Made by a program: the position numbers and the translations under genes. Below are positions 1 through 12,498 of a stretch of 64,000 nt of DNA, piece by piece (position 1 is the stretch's first letter; every line of letters starts with the position of its first letter). The stretch is from Anthoceros angustus (lineage: Eukaryota; Plantae; Anthocerotophyta), in the NCBI GenBank assembly GCA_010909165.1, contig VJWM01000103.1:868001-932000 (forward strand). The letters run 5' to 3'. Below the pieces are notes generated by a model. That model saw only the letters and a program-made list of their open reading frames with translations. It searched no databases and had not been told where the DNA came from.

Positions 1-339
1 GTGCACAGGCTTGAGGATTTTCACGGCTACCACCTCCTTGTGGCGGTGGAGAAGGTGGTTGGCATTGAGAACACGGAATTGGCGTGTGGTGGGTGAGGAG
101 AGGATGCACGCCCGAGGCGGGGACTGGCAGCGTCGCATCCGGTATAGATTACGAGTGAGATCGTCGCCATCCCGTTTTGTTGTGCTAATTCTTGGTGTTG
201 ATGTTGTGTTTGTTTTGGTGACCGACCCATAGTTTTTGGGTGAGCACGTCTCTCAATAAAGCGGCCACCTTTTCATTCGAGTTCTGAACCCTTCCTCAAA
301 CCCTATACCATATGCACATGAATGCTCACATACCTTTGA

Positions 340-782
340 TCCTCATTGTAAACCGGCGTGTTGTTGTAAGGTATGTATATACTGCGTTGTAAAAGCCCGT
401 TGTAAAACTTGACAATGCGTTGTAAACCACTTCCCATTGTAAGTAGACCATGGGCCGTTGTAAAAGAAAATCGTTGTAAGCAGGCGTGATGGTGTTTACT
501 AAATGCGTTGTTATGTGACACATTCATTGTTGTAAAGTCATTGATCGGATCTATCGTGTTGCAACCCGGAAGAGCCCTCGTAGTAAAGTAGCTTTCGTTA
601 TGCCACGTCATCGAATAGCGGTGGCTAAATACACCCGTAGTAAAACACTAGAGCTCACAGTAACACGAATGGCTATACAAGAAAATAATCCATGAACCAT
701 GAAGCCCGTTGTAAATCGACTTGAGCACGAAATCTCCCTGTTCTAAAAACAGCCTATAGTAAAGGCCGTTTTCCTAGTAGTG
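340..782. mobile_element. Terminal part of a CACTA (En/Spm)-like DNA transposon
   Basis: 764-782 reverse-complements to CACTACTAGGAAAACGGCC, a CACTA-type TIR. It is preceded by many copies of a (C)GTTGTAA(A) subterminal motif between about 345 and 720. The other end is not recognisable in the window. Confidence 0.6.
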
Positions 783-3700
783 TGGCCGAGGGGAAGCGGC
801 CATAGCATGTTGATTAGCCCCCATCCAAGGCGAAAGTGCAGGAATCTCTTACGTATACGAGTGTGGATGGCGTGTTTGTGCCATCCTCGTGAATGTGGAG
901 CAAGTTGTAATTTCATGTCAACACGGTTTGCCCGAGCTGAATTTGGACACAAGAAAGCGACTAGGGTTTGTCACTTTCGCGAATGGGGAGCGATCCTTTG
1001 CCGGGGCCAAAGTAAGTGTGTACCTCTTAGGATAGGGCGCTTTGGATTACATTCGTTGCACAATAACTCCGTTGCGATTAATTGTGATGTAATCTTGGGG
1101 ATGGAGTGGTTGGAGGAATGTAATCCTAATATTTCTGGAAGGAGAGACGGATGCGGTAGAGCGGCTGTTTAGCTGCTCATGAGTCGCTTGGGCCTGCACC
1201 ACCAACAACGGATAATGAAGTTGTGGCGTTTTCAGCTTCAGTTCGAGAAGATGTTGTAGATAAGAAAGGTCTTGTGGATAGTTCGGCAGTAGGTCAAGTT
1301 CAGACCCTGCTACAGGAGTTTCAAGATGTGGTTGTTCAAGGGTTGCCACCAAGGCTTCCCCCTCGTAGAGCTGTGGATCATAAGATAGAGTTGACTCACT
1401 CGGGCATCAAGCCCCCATACCGTTCAGTGTATCGATTATCACCCACGGAATTGGAGGAAGCTCGATGCCAGACTGAAGCCCTTTTGCAGAAAGGATTCAT
1501 CCGTCCTTCAAAGTCTCCGTATGGGGCCCCTATTCTCTTCACGGCAAAAGGCAGGGACTACGTATGTGCATGGACTATAGAGGACTCAACAATATCACCA
1601 AACGAAATTGCTACCCCTACCACGGATTGATGAGATGCTTGAGCAATTGCAAGGGGCCAAGTACTTCACGAAGTTAGATTTGGCAGCCGGGTATCACCAA
1701 ATCCGTATTGCTGATGAAGACATCGAGAAGGCGACTTTTAACACGAGGGATGGGCACTATGGTGGCTAGTCATGAGTTTTGGTTTGGTTAATGCTCCTAG
1801 CACTTTCCAAAGAATCGATGAGCGACACTATCGTGATTTAATCGGAAAGGGTGTTGGTTTATTTAGATGATATACTCATCTGACAAGATGAGAGCATATT
1901 ACTTTACTACGAGAAGTCCTGCTTAGGTTACGGAGGCGAAGCTATTCATCTGACAAGCGAAGTGTGAATTCACCTTACCGAGTACCTTGGACACATAGTT
2001 TCAGCAGATGGGATACAGTGGACCCTAAAAGGTATGTGTAGTACAAAATGGCGGTGCCTAGATCATCCGGGGCGTTCAATCTTTCCTCGGCTTAGTATCT
2101 TACTACGAAATTTATAGGCGTTTTCCCATCAGCAGCCCCTTAAGTTAACTCAAAAGGCGCAATGTGGACATGGCGGGCTCAACGGAGTCATTTGAAGACC
2201 TCAAGATGCCTTAATCTACGCCTGTGCTCATCTACCGACCCGGCATTTCCCTTTATAGTCACTACGATGCTTGATGTTGCCGCCGGTGCGTTGACAAGAT
2301 AGAGGTCATGGGCGACAACCTATAGCATATTTTAGTCGCAAGTTGAAAGGGCTGAACTTAAGCTGGACCACCCATGAAAAGGAAACCTTGGCACAGTTTT
2401 AGCTCTCAAGGAATGGAGGTGGTGTCCGGAGGCACCCCATTCATTTAGAGACGGATCACGAGCCACGAAATATCTTCAAACTCAAACACATTTGAGTAGG
2501 AAGCGAGCTCATTGGTGGAGCACTTCCAGAATACAACTTTTCGATTCAACATATTTCGGTGAGCAGAATCGTGTGGCGGATGCCTGTCTCGTTTAACAAC
2601 TATTACTACGCTATTAATGTACAAGGAAATCGGATCGATGAGTTCCTTGCGACTTACCTGCAGACCACATTGCTAAGGATGCTCTCTGCAAGTTACGGAT
2701 CTGGGCGCATGGACTCAATCGATGAGTCTTCTTCATTTCGAGGTAGGCTTTATGTTCCTCCACTACCACATGTTCGTCTTATACTATTTCGGAGGCTCAT
2801 GAGACTCCCTCTGCGGACATCAGGCATTCACCGTACACTTTACAACTTGCAGTGCAGTATTCTTGGCCGAAAATGGCGGATGATGTCACTACTTGGATCC
2901 ATCTTTGTGGCATTTGTCAACGGATCAAGGCTCCCGGACTAAGGTACCGGTCTTCTTCAGCCTATGCCCATTCCCTTACTCCGTGGAGCAAGTCACTCTT
3001 GATTTCGTAGTGGGTTTACCTTTGACCCCAGGATATGATGCGATCCTTGTGTTTACCGACAAACTTACGAGAATGATCCACTTAGCCCCACTACGAAGCA
3101 TGTTCAGCGATGGATGCGGTGAGCTATACCTTCGTTATATCTGAGCTCCATGGCTTGCCTCACAGCATAGTAAGTGATCGGGACCCCCGGTTTACTTCTC
3201 AGTTTTGGCAAGCTATGCATCGCGGACTACAAACTAAATTGTATCTTTCAACAGCAAGCCACCCAGAGACTGATGGAGCTACAAAGCGGGCTATTCAAAC
3301 CATTGAAGATCTTCTTCGAGCATATGTCAGTACTCAGCAGGAAAAATGGGAGCAATATCTACATTTAGCAGAGTTTGCTTTCAACAACTCTAAGAATGCC
3401 CACAGAACAACACCCTTTTTGCTCTTTATGGATTTCATCCCAGGACCATGTTACTTTGTCTGCTGCTGACCGCGCACTGCGGCCATGGACTTCCTCCAAC
3501 AGGCTCAGTTCTTGACAAGTTCGGCAACATGTGTTTGAGGCACAAAATCGGCGGATCCTACAAACCAACCGCCATCGACCACGACATTTTCCACAGCGAT
3601 CGGTGCTATTGTCTACTCGTTTTCTACCCCACTCCTTGGATCGGATCCGGAAATTGGCGATCGATGGATCGGACCTTTTCCGTATTACAGTCATCGGCCT

Positions 3701-3960
3701 ATCGCCTCGCCTTCCTCCTTCCTACAAGTGCCACAACGTCTTTCACACTTCCCTAAAGCCGTTCCTAGGCCCCTCCTTCCCGACCTCCACCCGTCTTGGA
3801 CTTGGAAAACCCATGTATGAAGTGGACCGCATCCTCAAACACCGCACCCTGGCCTTGAATATCTCGTACTCTGGCGGCTATCCTCTATCGAGGCCACACA
3901 GGAGCCGCGCGCAACCTTTTCCCATTGTGACGACGCCCTTGCGCCTACCATGCCTCCCGT
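783..3960 (+). mobile_element. Degenerate Ty3/Gypsy chromovirus pol (PR-RT-RNaseH-IN-chromodomain)
   Basis: Protease remnant (GASCNFMS, ~895), RT entry (LPPRRAVDHKIEL, PSKSPYGAPILF), integrase (VTLDFVVGLP, IVSDRDPRFTSQFW, TASHPETDG) and chromodomain (YEVDRILKHR...YLVLWRGYPLSEAT, ~3815-3915). Many stops and frameshifts. Confidence 0.92.
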
Positions 3961-4163
3961 CGTTTGAGGCCGAAACCACTTCATCCCACAGGTGAGTTGT
4001 TAGGCGATATACGAGTGTTAGGCAACATACGGACACATATGTATACCTTGCCCGATACGATGTCTTGTCGAGCCACCGCCATGGCTGTGGATATAAATGG
4101 AGAACTCGGCGAGCAGGCGGTATGTAAGGCAAAGTTTTTTGGTACTCTTCACCGCCTTTGAGC

Positions 4164-5363
4164 TTAACAGTCGCCTTGCCTGGTACCTATGGCCGATTCC
4201 AAGACAGAGACAGCAAATCCTGAAGAGACGTTCTTGTGCTGGTAGTGGAGGTTGGAGGACCTCCCGTATAAGCACCGGACAAAAGGTATAAGGCTTCCCA
4301 GGACGCCGCCAGCATCCCTAAGCTTCTCGAAGATGATGCTCCTAGAAATGGTATTGAAGGCGTTCTCGACATCAACCTGTAAGACCACCCACTCCGGGTG
4401 GGTATTAAGGCATGCCTTCACTCCAAGCACCACAGACTCACAGCCCCCCGGAGTGGCAATGCCAAATTGAAGGAGGTTGAGGTGCTACTGGAGAAGAGAG
4501 CGGCACTGAAGGGCAATAGTGCGGCTGAGTAGCCACATGAAAGCTTCCCAGGCAGTGGGCGCGCCTGAGCTGGGCAGCTTGTCCATAGCGACAAGCAAGC
4601 CGCGCTAAGAACATGGGAAATCGGTGGCGTCTCACCCCGAGCCACTGACGGAGAAAAGAGCTGCAGGAAGCCACTAGATGGATCTTGGGAGAAAAAGGTC
4701 CACGAGATGTTCAAACACCATTCACGACAACCCGGCAGATGAAAGACGTGGGGTCGTAGAGAGTGCCAGAGCAAAAGCTGCCCGATCCAGGGAGAAGGGA
4801 TCCTCCGGGACGTAGTTAGATATGTCCGGGGGGATGGCATCCTTGGGTGCTGGATGGAGGGCACGGAGAGCAACAATGGTCTCCTCAAAAGCGGGGGCCA
4901 GGGGGAGGGGTCGAAGAACCGTGGCAGCGCGAGCATACTCACTGCTGGCCAGCGGCTTGCAGCAGCGGGTTTGTTGCATTACCGGGACTGTTCAATTGCT
5001 CTGATTCCGCCGAGCCTTGGCATAAAGCCTCCTCTGGAGGATGCCTAGTCACCCGGCGCGAGGCGGCTAGCAACTTCCGATGCCCAAAAGCCGCACCCCT
5101 AGAACACCGAAGGCACCACCGGGGGAGAAGCAGGAAAAGGCACCAAGCTAACTCGTCCTGGGGATCGAGCGCAAGGCGATCCAAGGGAAGATGGAACGCC
5201 AAACGGGCATCATCATGAAGGTGGCGGGGAAGCTTGCGGAAGATGCGCGGGCATGGAAAGCGGGTTTCAAACATCCCAAGTATGTGATCCAGCTGACCCC
5301 GCAACCATTCACAAGAAGAGAGGCACCCCACGAGGCCATTCCCATGTCAGTTATAAACATCAT
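4164..5363 (-). mobile_element. CRE-clade non-LTR retrotransposon, N-terminal/RT part (copy A), frameshifted
   Basis: Fragments translate to GEAFMWLLSRTIALQ, QFGIATPGGCE, LQVDVENAFNTISR and GTRQGD, homologous to copy C. Confidence 0.75.
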
Positions 5364-6752
5364 GCCCTCGATGTTAATATGTTAAGGAATTATTTTAGTT
5401 ATTCCAGTTGCTAGTACTTTACAAGATTACTTTAGATCAAATTTCAGCAATATATATATATATATATCGCTTATCCGTCGCTTAAGCCTCATCATCATCA
5501 GGAAAGTAAAGCGCCTATTCACTGCACGGTATGTGTGGCTGCAAACCATGCGACTGGTCACCGGCAGGGCAACTCTCTGGCAATTGGTTTCAATTGAAAA
5601 TATGTATCAAGCCTAATCTAATTACAACAGTTCACATTGGGAAGGATTGTACGAAGTACGAGGTATTACGGGTAGGACCTCACCCGAGATCCCGTTCGAG
5701 TAAGAGTGCGACGTGAGTACCATGGCAATAAGCACCATGGCACACAGACCACACAATTTGCAGGTGCAGATTCAGGAGCCTGGTACATAGAGCAGGGAGC
5801 CTTTGTCTTGGTTGTGGTACATCGATGTAAATGGGTCTACATTCTTGTGGATCGGATTTGTGATTGTATTATAGGTGATAAAAAAATATTTACTATCGTC
5901 CATATATGGTCAAGTGGCGGCATCGCCCGTAGATCGCAGAACCAAAGAATCGAAGAGGACACAAAGAAGGAAATGAGATCATGCTCTATCACAAGGAGTA
6001 GGGGCCTGCTGACAGCTTTCATCCCATCCAATTTTTGAAGAACACATCAGTAAAGTACACGTCACTGGGTCCTGTCTCAAGCCTCACGTGGAGCAGTGAA
6101 CGAAGCTGCCATGTGAGCCTCCTCACACGGTGGGAACGAGCTTGGCCAGAACCCCACTTTCCGTGAATCAGGTTGTAGGAAATAATTCCATGAGAATAAA
6201 AAGCCCTTCATAAGGAGGGGCAATCAAACGGTAGCGAGAATCTGTGGAACCCATCATCCTGCGGACAACAAAATGAGCACAATAATGGAGAGAAACTCGT
6301 CAGGCTTTTAGGAGCGATCGTGGAAGCTCGATTCACCGAGGATGGGATCGGTAGCGACGCCTCTGCCTAGCTATTATGTGTGGGCAGCCTTGCACCCTGC
6401 CTTGTCGGCCAAGCTTGACTACTCAATTTCAACCAGCCTCGGAGGACATTCAGTGAATTTCAGTGTGCCTTGAGAGTTCTTTTATAACGGGCATGTTCTT
6501 CTCCTTCCTCTTCCGTTCTTTGTCAGACTCTACACGCGGGGGCCGTCGGCCAAGCTTGTCTACCCAATTGTAACTGGCCAACCGAACTGACGTTCAGTGT
6601 GCAACAGCAACAAAAGGTCCTCCGCAAGGACTCAGGCCAAGGAACGTGTCCTTCAAACATGGCTAGATTGCCCAAGGTTCCAACTCATCGGCCGAACGTG
6701 AAACCTGTTGAGATGGTGGGAAGATTCGGTAGTCTAGACTGTACATGCCAGG

Positions 6753-7820
6753 CTAAGGTGAACAGTAGGTTGCCGCCATTTTTAAGAGAAGCTTGTGTAG
6801 AGCAAGCGGGGCAGAGAAGAAGGGACTGTGGTCGGCCTGCAGAGAGATACGACGATGCGGTGGAAGAGCCTGGCACATGGCGTCCACAAGCTCGGAAGGC
6901 AGCAACCTGTCCTGGTTGCACTCAACGTACACCCTGGTCACGCTGCTGTATCCCTTTGCCGTCAGCGGCACCAAGTACTCCGACGGATTCAATGTCGGCA
7001 TTGCCTTCAAACACAAGCTCGCCAGCACAACGTCCTGAGGTGGAGACAATCATCCAAAACGATGTCGTTTCTTCATCCATGACAAGTTCAACGCTTTGTC
7101 CTGCAATTCACCGCAGCATGACGAAGCTAAGCTTCTTTGAATCCCTACCTCTGGCGGGGAGAGTTGGTAGAAGTTGCTGCGAATCGGCTCCGCGTCCGGG
7201 ATGAACTGGACGGACGTAGGCGGCCTGTCGGGGCCGTTGGCAAAGGCGCTGACGAATCCGCCGCTGAGTTTTCCGAATGCCTCCCGGAAGATCTGCAGCC
7301 ACGGGAAAGAAGAACTGACGTCGAGAGGATGTTTTTGGAGTTGGAGATGGACTGCTGAGGAAGGGAGTGAAAATTTGACATCACCTTGAGGACGAGCGGG
7401 AGAGCTTTCTCGTGGGAAGGGTCGGGGAACATGCAGGCGGCCACGAAGACGGCAGCTGCGATCTTGCGGGGGAAGAGCTCCATCACAACTGCGCCGCTCA
7501 GGCCACCCAGGCTGTGCAGCACCAGGATCACCTGCAAATTTTCCCCCGGCTCAGGCAAATGCGGGACTGAGACCGGAAGATGACGAAGTACAAGGCACCT
7601 GTTCCGACTCTGGCAAAGCCTTGAACAAGGAGACCAGGGGAGCAGCTATCTGGGTGAGAGACGCGATGGTGTTGACGTTGGTGTTGTCCGTTCCCCCGCC
7701 TGCCAGGTCCACTGCCGACGCCTTGTGCCCCGCCTGCTGCAGCAAATTGATGGTCCTGTACCAGCACCAGGCCCCGTGAGCGCCCCCGTGCACCAGCACG
7801 AAGTGCGTCGCCTTTCCCAT
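6753..7820 (-). CDS. Methylesterase (MES/SABP2-like alpha/beta hydrolase), 4 exons: 7599-7820, 7385-7531, 7149-7292, 6753-7034
   Basis: HFVLVHGGAHGAWCWY, nucleophile LHSLGG, NQDRLL (Asp) and ADHSPFFS (His). GT-AG introns restore the frame. An alternative start exists at 7856. Confidence 0.92.
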
Positions 7821-8225
7821 TGCTGCTCCAGGACCAGCCTCATCAGCTCGCTCCATTCGGATGGGGAAGACACACGGTTTCGGCGCCGGCAGCACAAATC
7901 CATCCCGGGATTTTTCAAGACCAGCAGTCGCCAGTGCGGAGGGATGCTGATGGCTCGCCTGACACGAGAGCCTCCACTGGCGTGGCCGGCCGCGAACCAG
8001 CCAGGCTCATCGCCATGTCTGCCTCTTCAGTCACCATTGGTCTGCTGGGGCGCGACACGCGCACGCGCAGGCCACCAACCCAAGGCGCCCGATGTTGAGA
8101 GCGAGCGGGAAAGCTTTCACGATGTGGACGACAAGCGAAAACGCACAGCACACAGTGCACGGCTGTGTTGTTGTCTGTTAGCTTCCGAATTAGGTGGACG
8201 AGTGAAAACCGCTGATTGCATGCAG

Positions 8226-8370
8226 TTCAAGGCCGAGAGCTCCTTCAGGTTCCGTGTGTTCCAGACATGGCTACGCTGCAGATGAAGGACGTGGCTGCTG
8301 CTTTTATTCGAAGCTTCAAGCTCGATGTCGCTCCTGATTTCAAGCCTGTTTATAAGCTGGCCAACAAGGT
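8226..8370 (+). pseudogene. Cytochrome P450 (CYP86-clan-like) C-terminal remnant lacking the heme-binding motif
   Basis: FKAESSFRFRVFQ is followed by (D)MATLQMKDVAAAFIRSFKL with a frameshift where AGPRxCLGK is expected. No upstream P450 body is visible. Confidence 0.55.
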
Positions 8371-8899
8371 ACCAAATTTCTGTCTAGGTTCGTGCAAATC
8401 TTCTCAGGTTCCACTGCATCAGAATGTCGCTGTGGCCACCCAGGGCTAAGCAACGTCATCGGATGGTTGTTGGCATTGAGGAAACCTCAGCTGATGACAT
8501 ATTGACATCCGAGACGTCGGGCACCGAGGCAGCCTCGCTACCTCCTAAAGGCCATAGCTCCTTGGCGCTGCAATGCCCATCCAAATTACCGCCGTTCGAA
8601 GTTCGAAGTCCAATTCCAGGCCAAAATCCAAAGCTTGTTTTAATACAATCCAAAGATTGTTATTGTTATGGTTTCTCATTGTTCCACTTGATTTTTCCAA
8701 TCTTATAACGCTGCACATAAGCACCTGGGTGCGAGTTTGCATAGTTGCATCCTTCTAATCCTAGAATTTTTAAGCAATTCAATACGATTAGGTATATGAA
8801 AAGTTGATAGTATATTGATCTTGAAGGTGTGAACAAACCTGTGGATCATGTTGGAGTGTTTACATTACTCCCATGCATATAGATTCATTATTTTTTATA

Positions 8900-9840
8900 T
8901 TGAGTTTCTTTATATTATTTGATAATATAAGAGAAAAATAACAATAATATACATACTGGTTCATAGAAAATAATTGGGTCTCAAACCATCTCGAGTATAG
9001 TTTCCAGCTCATGGTTGGGATGTGAGTGTGAACAACTATGATTGGGATGTAAGTGTGAATGGCCATACCGAGGCCTTTATAGGATGAGTAGTTGAATGAC
9101 ATCTACACATTAGGAGCTAACTTGCAGCCGATAGGTTAGCAGCTCACGGCCCTTAACAGACAGCAAGCCTCGTATAGAACTTCAGCAAAATATAATAGCA
9201 GCTTTGATCACTCAATAGTTTCACGAGAGTGAGTTTCTCACAATAATATTGCTATGGAAGGCTAGGGCTAAGCATACCAACAATGCCAGGCAACAATGAA
9301 AAGTGACCCAACTCTTTACATCAAGCATATACTATGTGAGAATTGTGAGTAGGAGTGGACAGCGGTAGTCAGCAGTCCACACACACATAGCACAAGGATA
9401 AAGTAATTAGAAAGCCAAAAGGCAAGCCTTCATCTTCAAGCAAATATTTTATAATCTCAAGCCTTGAAATTATAAAATATGGGTAGACTCTTTTAGGCAC
9501 TCCATTTCCCACCACACATTTAAGTCCCTGGCGAGTGCATGAAACTCGGAACTCTAGTGCACTAACAAGAAATACACATTCTACTACCAACTATCTAGTC
9601 ATGGGCCCATTCTACAATGGGACCAGCATTGAATACGCTCAGAAATTCAATGCTCAAAGCTTTTATATTGATTTTCTTTGTATAGTGGAAGAAAATAAAA
9701 ACAGCAGATATATACATATTGGTTCATAGAAAGTAATTGATTGGATCTTGAAACATCTTGACCAGCTCATGGTTGGATTGTAAATGTGAACGGCCATATT
9801 AAGGTTTCTATATGAGTAGTTATTACCGGATACATACTTA
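8900..9840. repeat. Two diverged direct copies of a ~200 bp AT-rich sequence (~8900-9110 and ~9660-9840)
   Basis: Shared blocks TGGTTCATAGAAA, CCAGCTCATGGTTGG, GTGAAxGGCCATA and ATGAGTAGTT. Confidence 0.65.
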
Positions 9841-10155
9841 CATAAGCAGGTCATACTTTGATTCTCCGTAAGTCAAGTCAATTTTGTTTATATAACTAAC
9901 GTCACGATTGATGAATTTATGTCAGTAAGTCTTGGGCACGCCTTCCTTCCCTGGGACGATTCTAAGACGATAGTGTACCAAGAATCCAGTCAATATGAGG
10001 TTCGCAGTGTTTCATAATTCTTAGCCTCTAAGCTGCCTGCCTAGCCTGTCTCACCTTGTAATAGACTCCCATATTTTGCGTGTGTTGCAAATTTGTACAA
10101 GACATTTTGACTGGGTTCACGTCAATAGAAAGCTGCATTGTGAGTATCGAATCAC

Positions 10156-11640
10156 CTATTGGTTCGAACCAGTAAGCAAGTTAACGACTCCAGGGAGAAG
10201 CCCTTTAACCACAGCTTGCCCTATTTTCGCAGCCATCTGCTGGTTGAGTTGACTCTGGGCTTGCTGTTGATACATGGCACCCTGGGGAAGCATGGGAACC
10301 TGGGGAGCCATGGGCATCTGGGGAGTCATCATGGGAACTTGGGGAGTCATCATGGGAACCTGGGGAGTCATGGGATTGTTCACAAGCTGCTGGGGCAGTC
10401 CTCGCACATGGGTAGCACCAGCGGGTGGGGCAGTGTAAGGCCGCGTGGCTGCTGGAGCTGCTGCCACGCCCGTTCCTTGGGCACGAGGCAATGAGCCACC
10501 CGACACCTTCAGGTTCAACTGTCGTGGTGGCTCCACTCTCGTGTACAAGTCCTGCTTCTCTGGCTTGATGTTGAGGAAGCATAGCAGGCATAAAACCTTG
10601 TTCGGCTTCCTGAGAACAAAACACCCACATCGTTAGCTGCGGTCACTTGGAAAACATTTGCAATGAAGGCAGGAGGTGGAGAAACTCACGCGTTGTTGAT
10701 GTAGGCCGGGCCACAAATGGGGGTAGCCCCACAGTGGTTACAAGAGAACACGAACACATGGATGGCAGTCCGCAGATCGGGCCGCTCCATCCTCCGAAAC
10801 TGGGAAGCGGAGATCCTCCCGTTCACAAGCAGGGTGTCGAAGCACACCAGGCAGAGGTCGTACTGGAAGTTCCTGAAACACCACAACCTGCAGTTCAGGT
10901 CTGCTCACCAGACGACCTGTTACCACAACAATCCCTACCAGCCTCTGACTTACTTACTTGATGGAGTTGTAGCGAGGCCCGCAAATGGGAGTCACTTGAC
11001 ACTCGTCACACTGCACCTCGAAATGGTAGACGGGATGACGCTTGGTGCGGTTGGAGCTTTCGAGGGTCTCCTGCCTGATCTCGAACGAATTTGCCGGCTC
11101 CGCATTGCGGTTGGTGGAGCTAGTGGCATCTTGGAAGCACGTGGCACAGAGGTCGTAGTCCGACTGCCTGGAGGCCACGCTCCTCGGTGTCAGTAACAGA
11201 AGCAGCTCCACTCCTCCATGGATCACCACTCATCACATAGTATTCGTTGCTTACTGTCTGTGGTGATAACGCGGGCCCTCGATGGGAGCTGCTCCACACC
11301 CATCGCACTCGATGTAGTGGATCTGAAAGGGCCGGCAGTCGTCCGCCCTTTCGATCTTGAGAAAGCCTTGCTGGTCCGCGGGGGGCTGCCGGTAGTAGCA
11401 CTCAGCGCAGAGATCGTGGTCTGCTCGCCTGCAACATCATACCCTGCCTGTCAGCCCGGGCAAGCTCCTGCGACAATCCGGCAGTCTCACAGACGAAACC
11501 CCAAAAACGACTGGATGGCTAGATCGTTGAACCCACCTTTGGCACTTGTACCGGTAGCCTTTCACAGGGCTTTTCCCGCAGCCATCGCAATGCACTCCGA
11601 CGTGGATGTAAGGGTGCCCAATACTCTGTGCCATCGACAT
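10156..11640 (-). CDS. Protein with four tandem ZZ-type zinc-finger-like repeats and a P/M/Q-rich C-terminus (374 aa); exons 11537-11640, 11255-11428, 10958-11167, 10690-10872, 10156-10609
   Basis: Repeats CDGC...DHDLCAEC, CDGC...DYDLCATC, CDEC...QYDLCLVC and CNHC...KVLCLLC. Four phase-2 GT-AG introns give a continuous 1125-nt frame. The 5' end could extend further upstream. Confidence 0.85.
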
Positions 11641-12498
11641 GACGCGCCCAACGCTGGCAACAAAAGCTTCCAACACTACGAGTCCACTTCGTCAGCTTCC
11701 ACTTCGTCACAGCATAAGATCTACCATGTTTCGGACCTCCGCAACCCAGGCACTCTTACGAAGAAAACCTCCTCGCACAAGCTGAATAGAACTCCTTACA
11801 GAGCGGCGCCGGCGGATCTGGGAAAGTATGGCCAGAGGACAACGCACCATCACATATGCGTAGACTGAAAGCAAGCTGTTCGGCACTTTCGCCCACGAGG
11901 GCAGAACGCGGATAGCTAGCTGATAACTTTGTGATGACTACCGTGGGTTGACTATAGTCGGCATGGATTTGCCGTAAGATTTGATTTACAATTGGTGGAT
12001 ACCAGTACCATAATAGATGTACTTATGTCCTTTGCTGGGATGCTTGTTTGGTAAGTAAGGAGTGCCCATGCAGCACCTCACCGTGCTACAGTCTTCTGCT
12101 GTGGCGTGAAGAACCCAAAAACGGCGCAGAGAGGAGGTGACAAATTTCACGTGGATATGTTGGTGTTCACAAACACCGGCAAGGAAGCGAGAGACTTCGC
12201 TTGACAACAGGGTTAGTATACTCGAGACACGCAGAAGAGAAAAGCACAACAGATCAGCATACCTTGCAATCTTTGAAGGTACTCTTGGTTACTGCTGTGG
12301 CATCTACGAGATCTGTGTGACAGTCGCGACGCAAGCGGTTAGAGTGAGCAATGCGAGAAAAAATTTCTTCCGAACATAGGGAATCGTTGCAACAGTTACC
12401 TCACAGAAAACGTTTTGGTTCGGATGATACCGACAATGCTGCTTACTGACTGCATTGTGTGGATGACACAGAAGCAACCACCTGTCTGCCTTCGTCGC

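Noticed and set aside
1-140. Minus-strand frame ending HKEVVAVKILKPVH, resembling kinase subdomain II
   Set aside because: No glycine-rich loop precedes it and it is cut by the window edge, so it cannot be supported.
11218-11868. 216-aa plus-strand ORF
   Set aside because: Antisense to the ZZ gene and reads through its introns; no motif.
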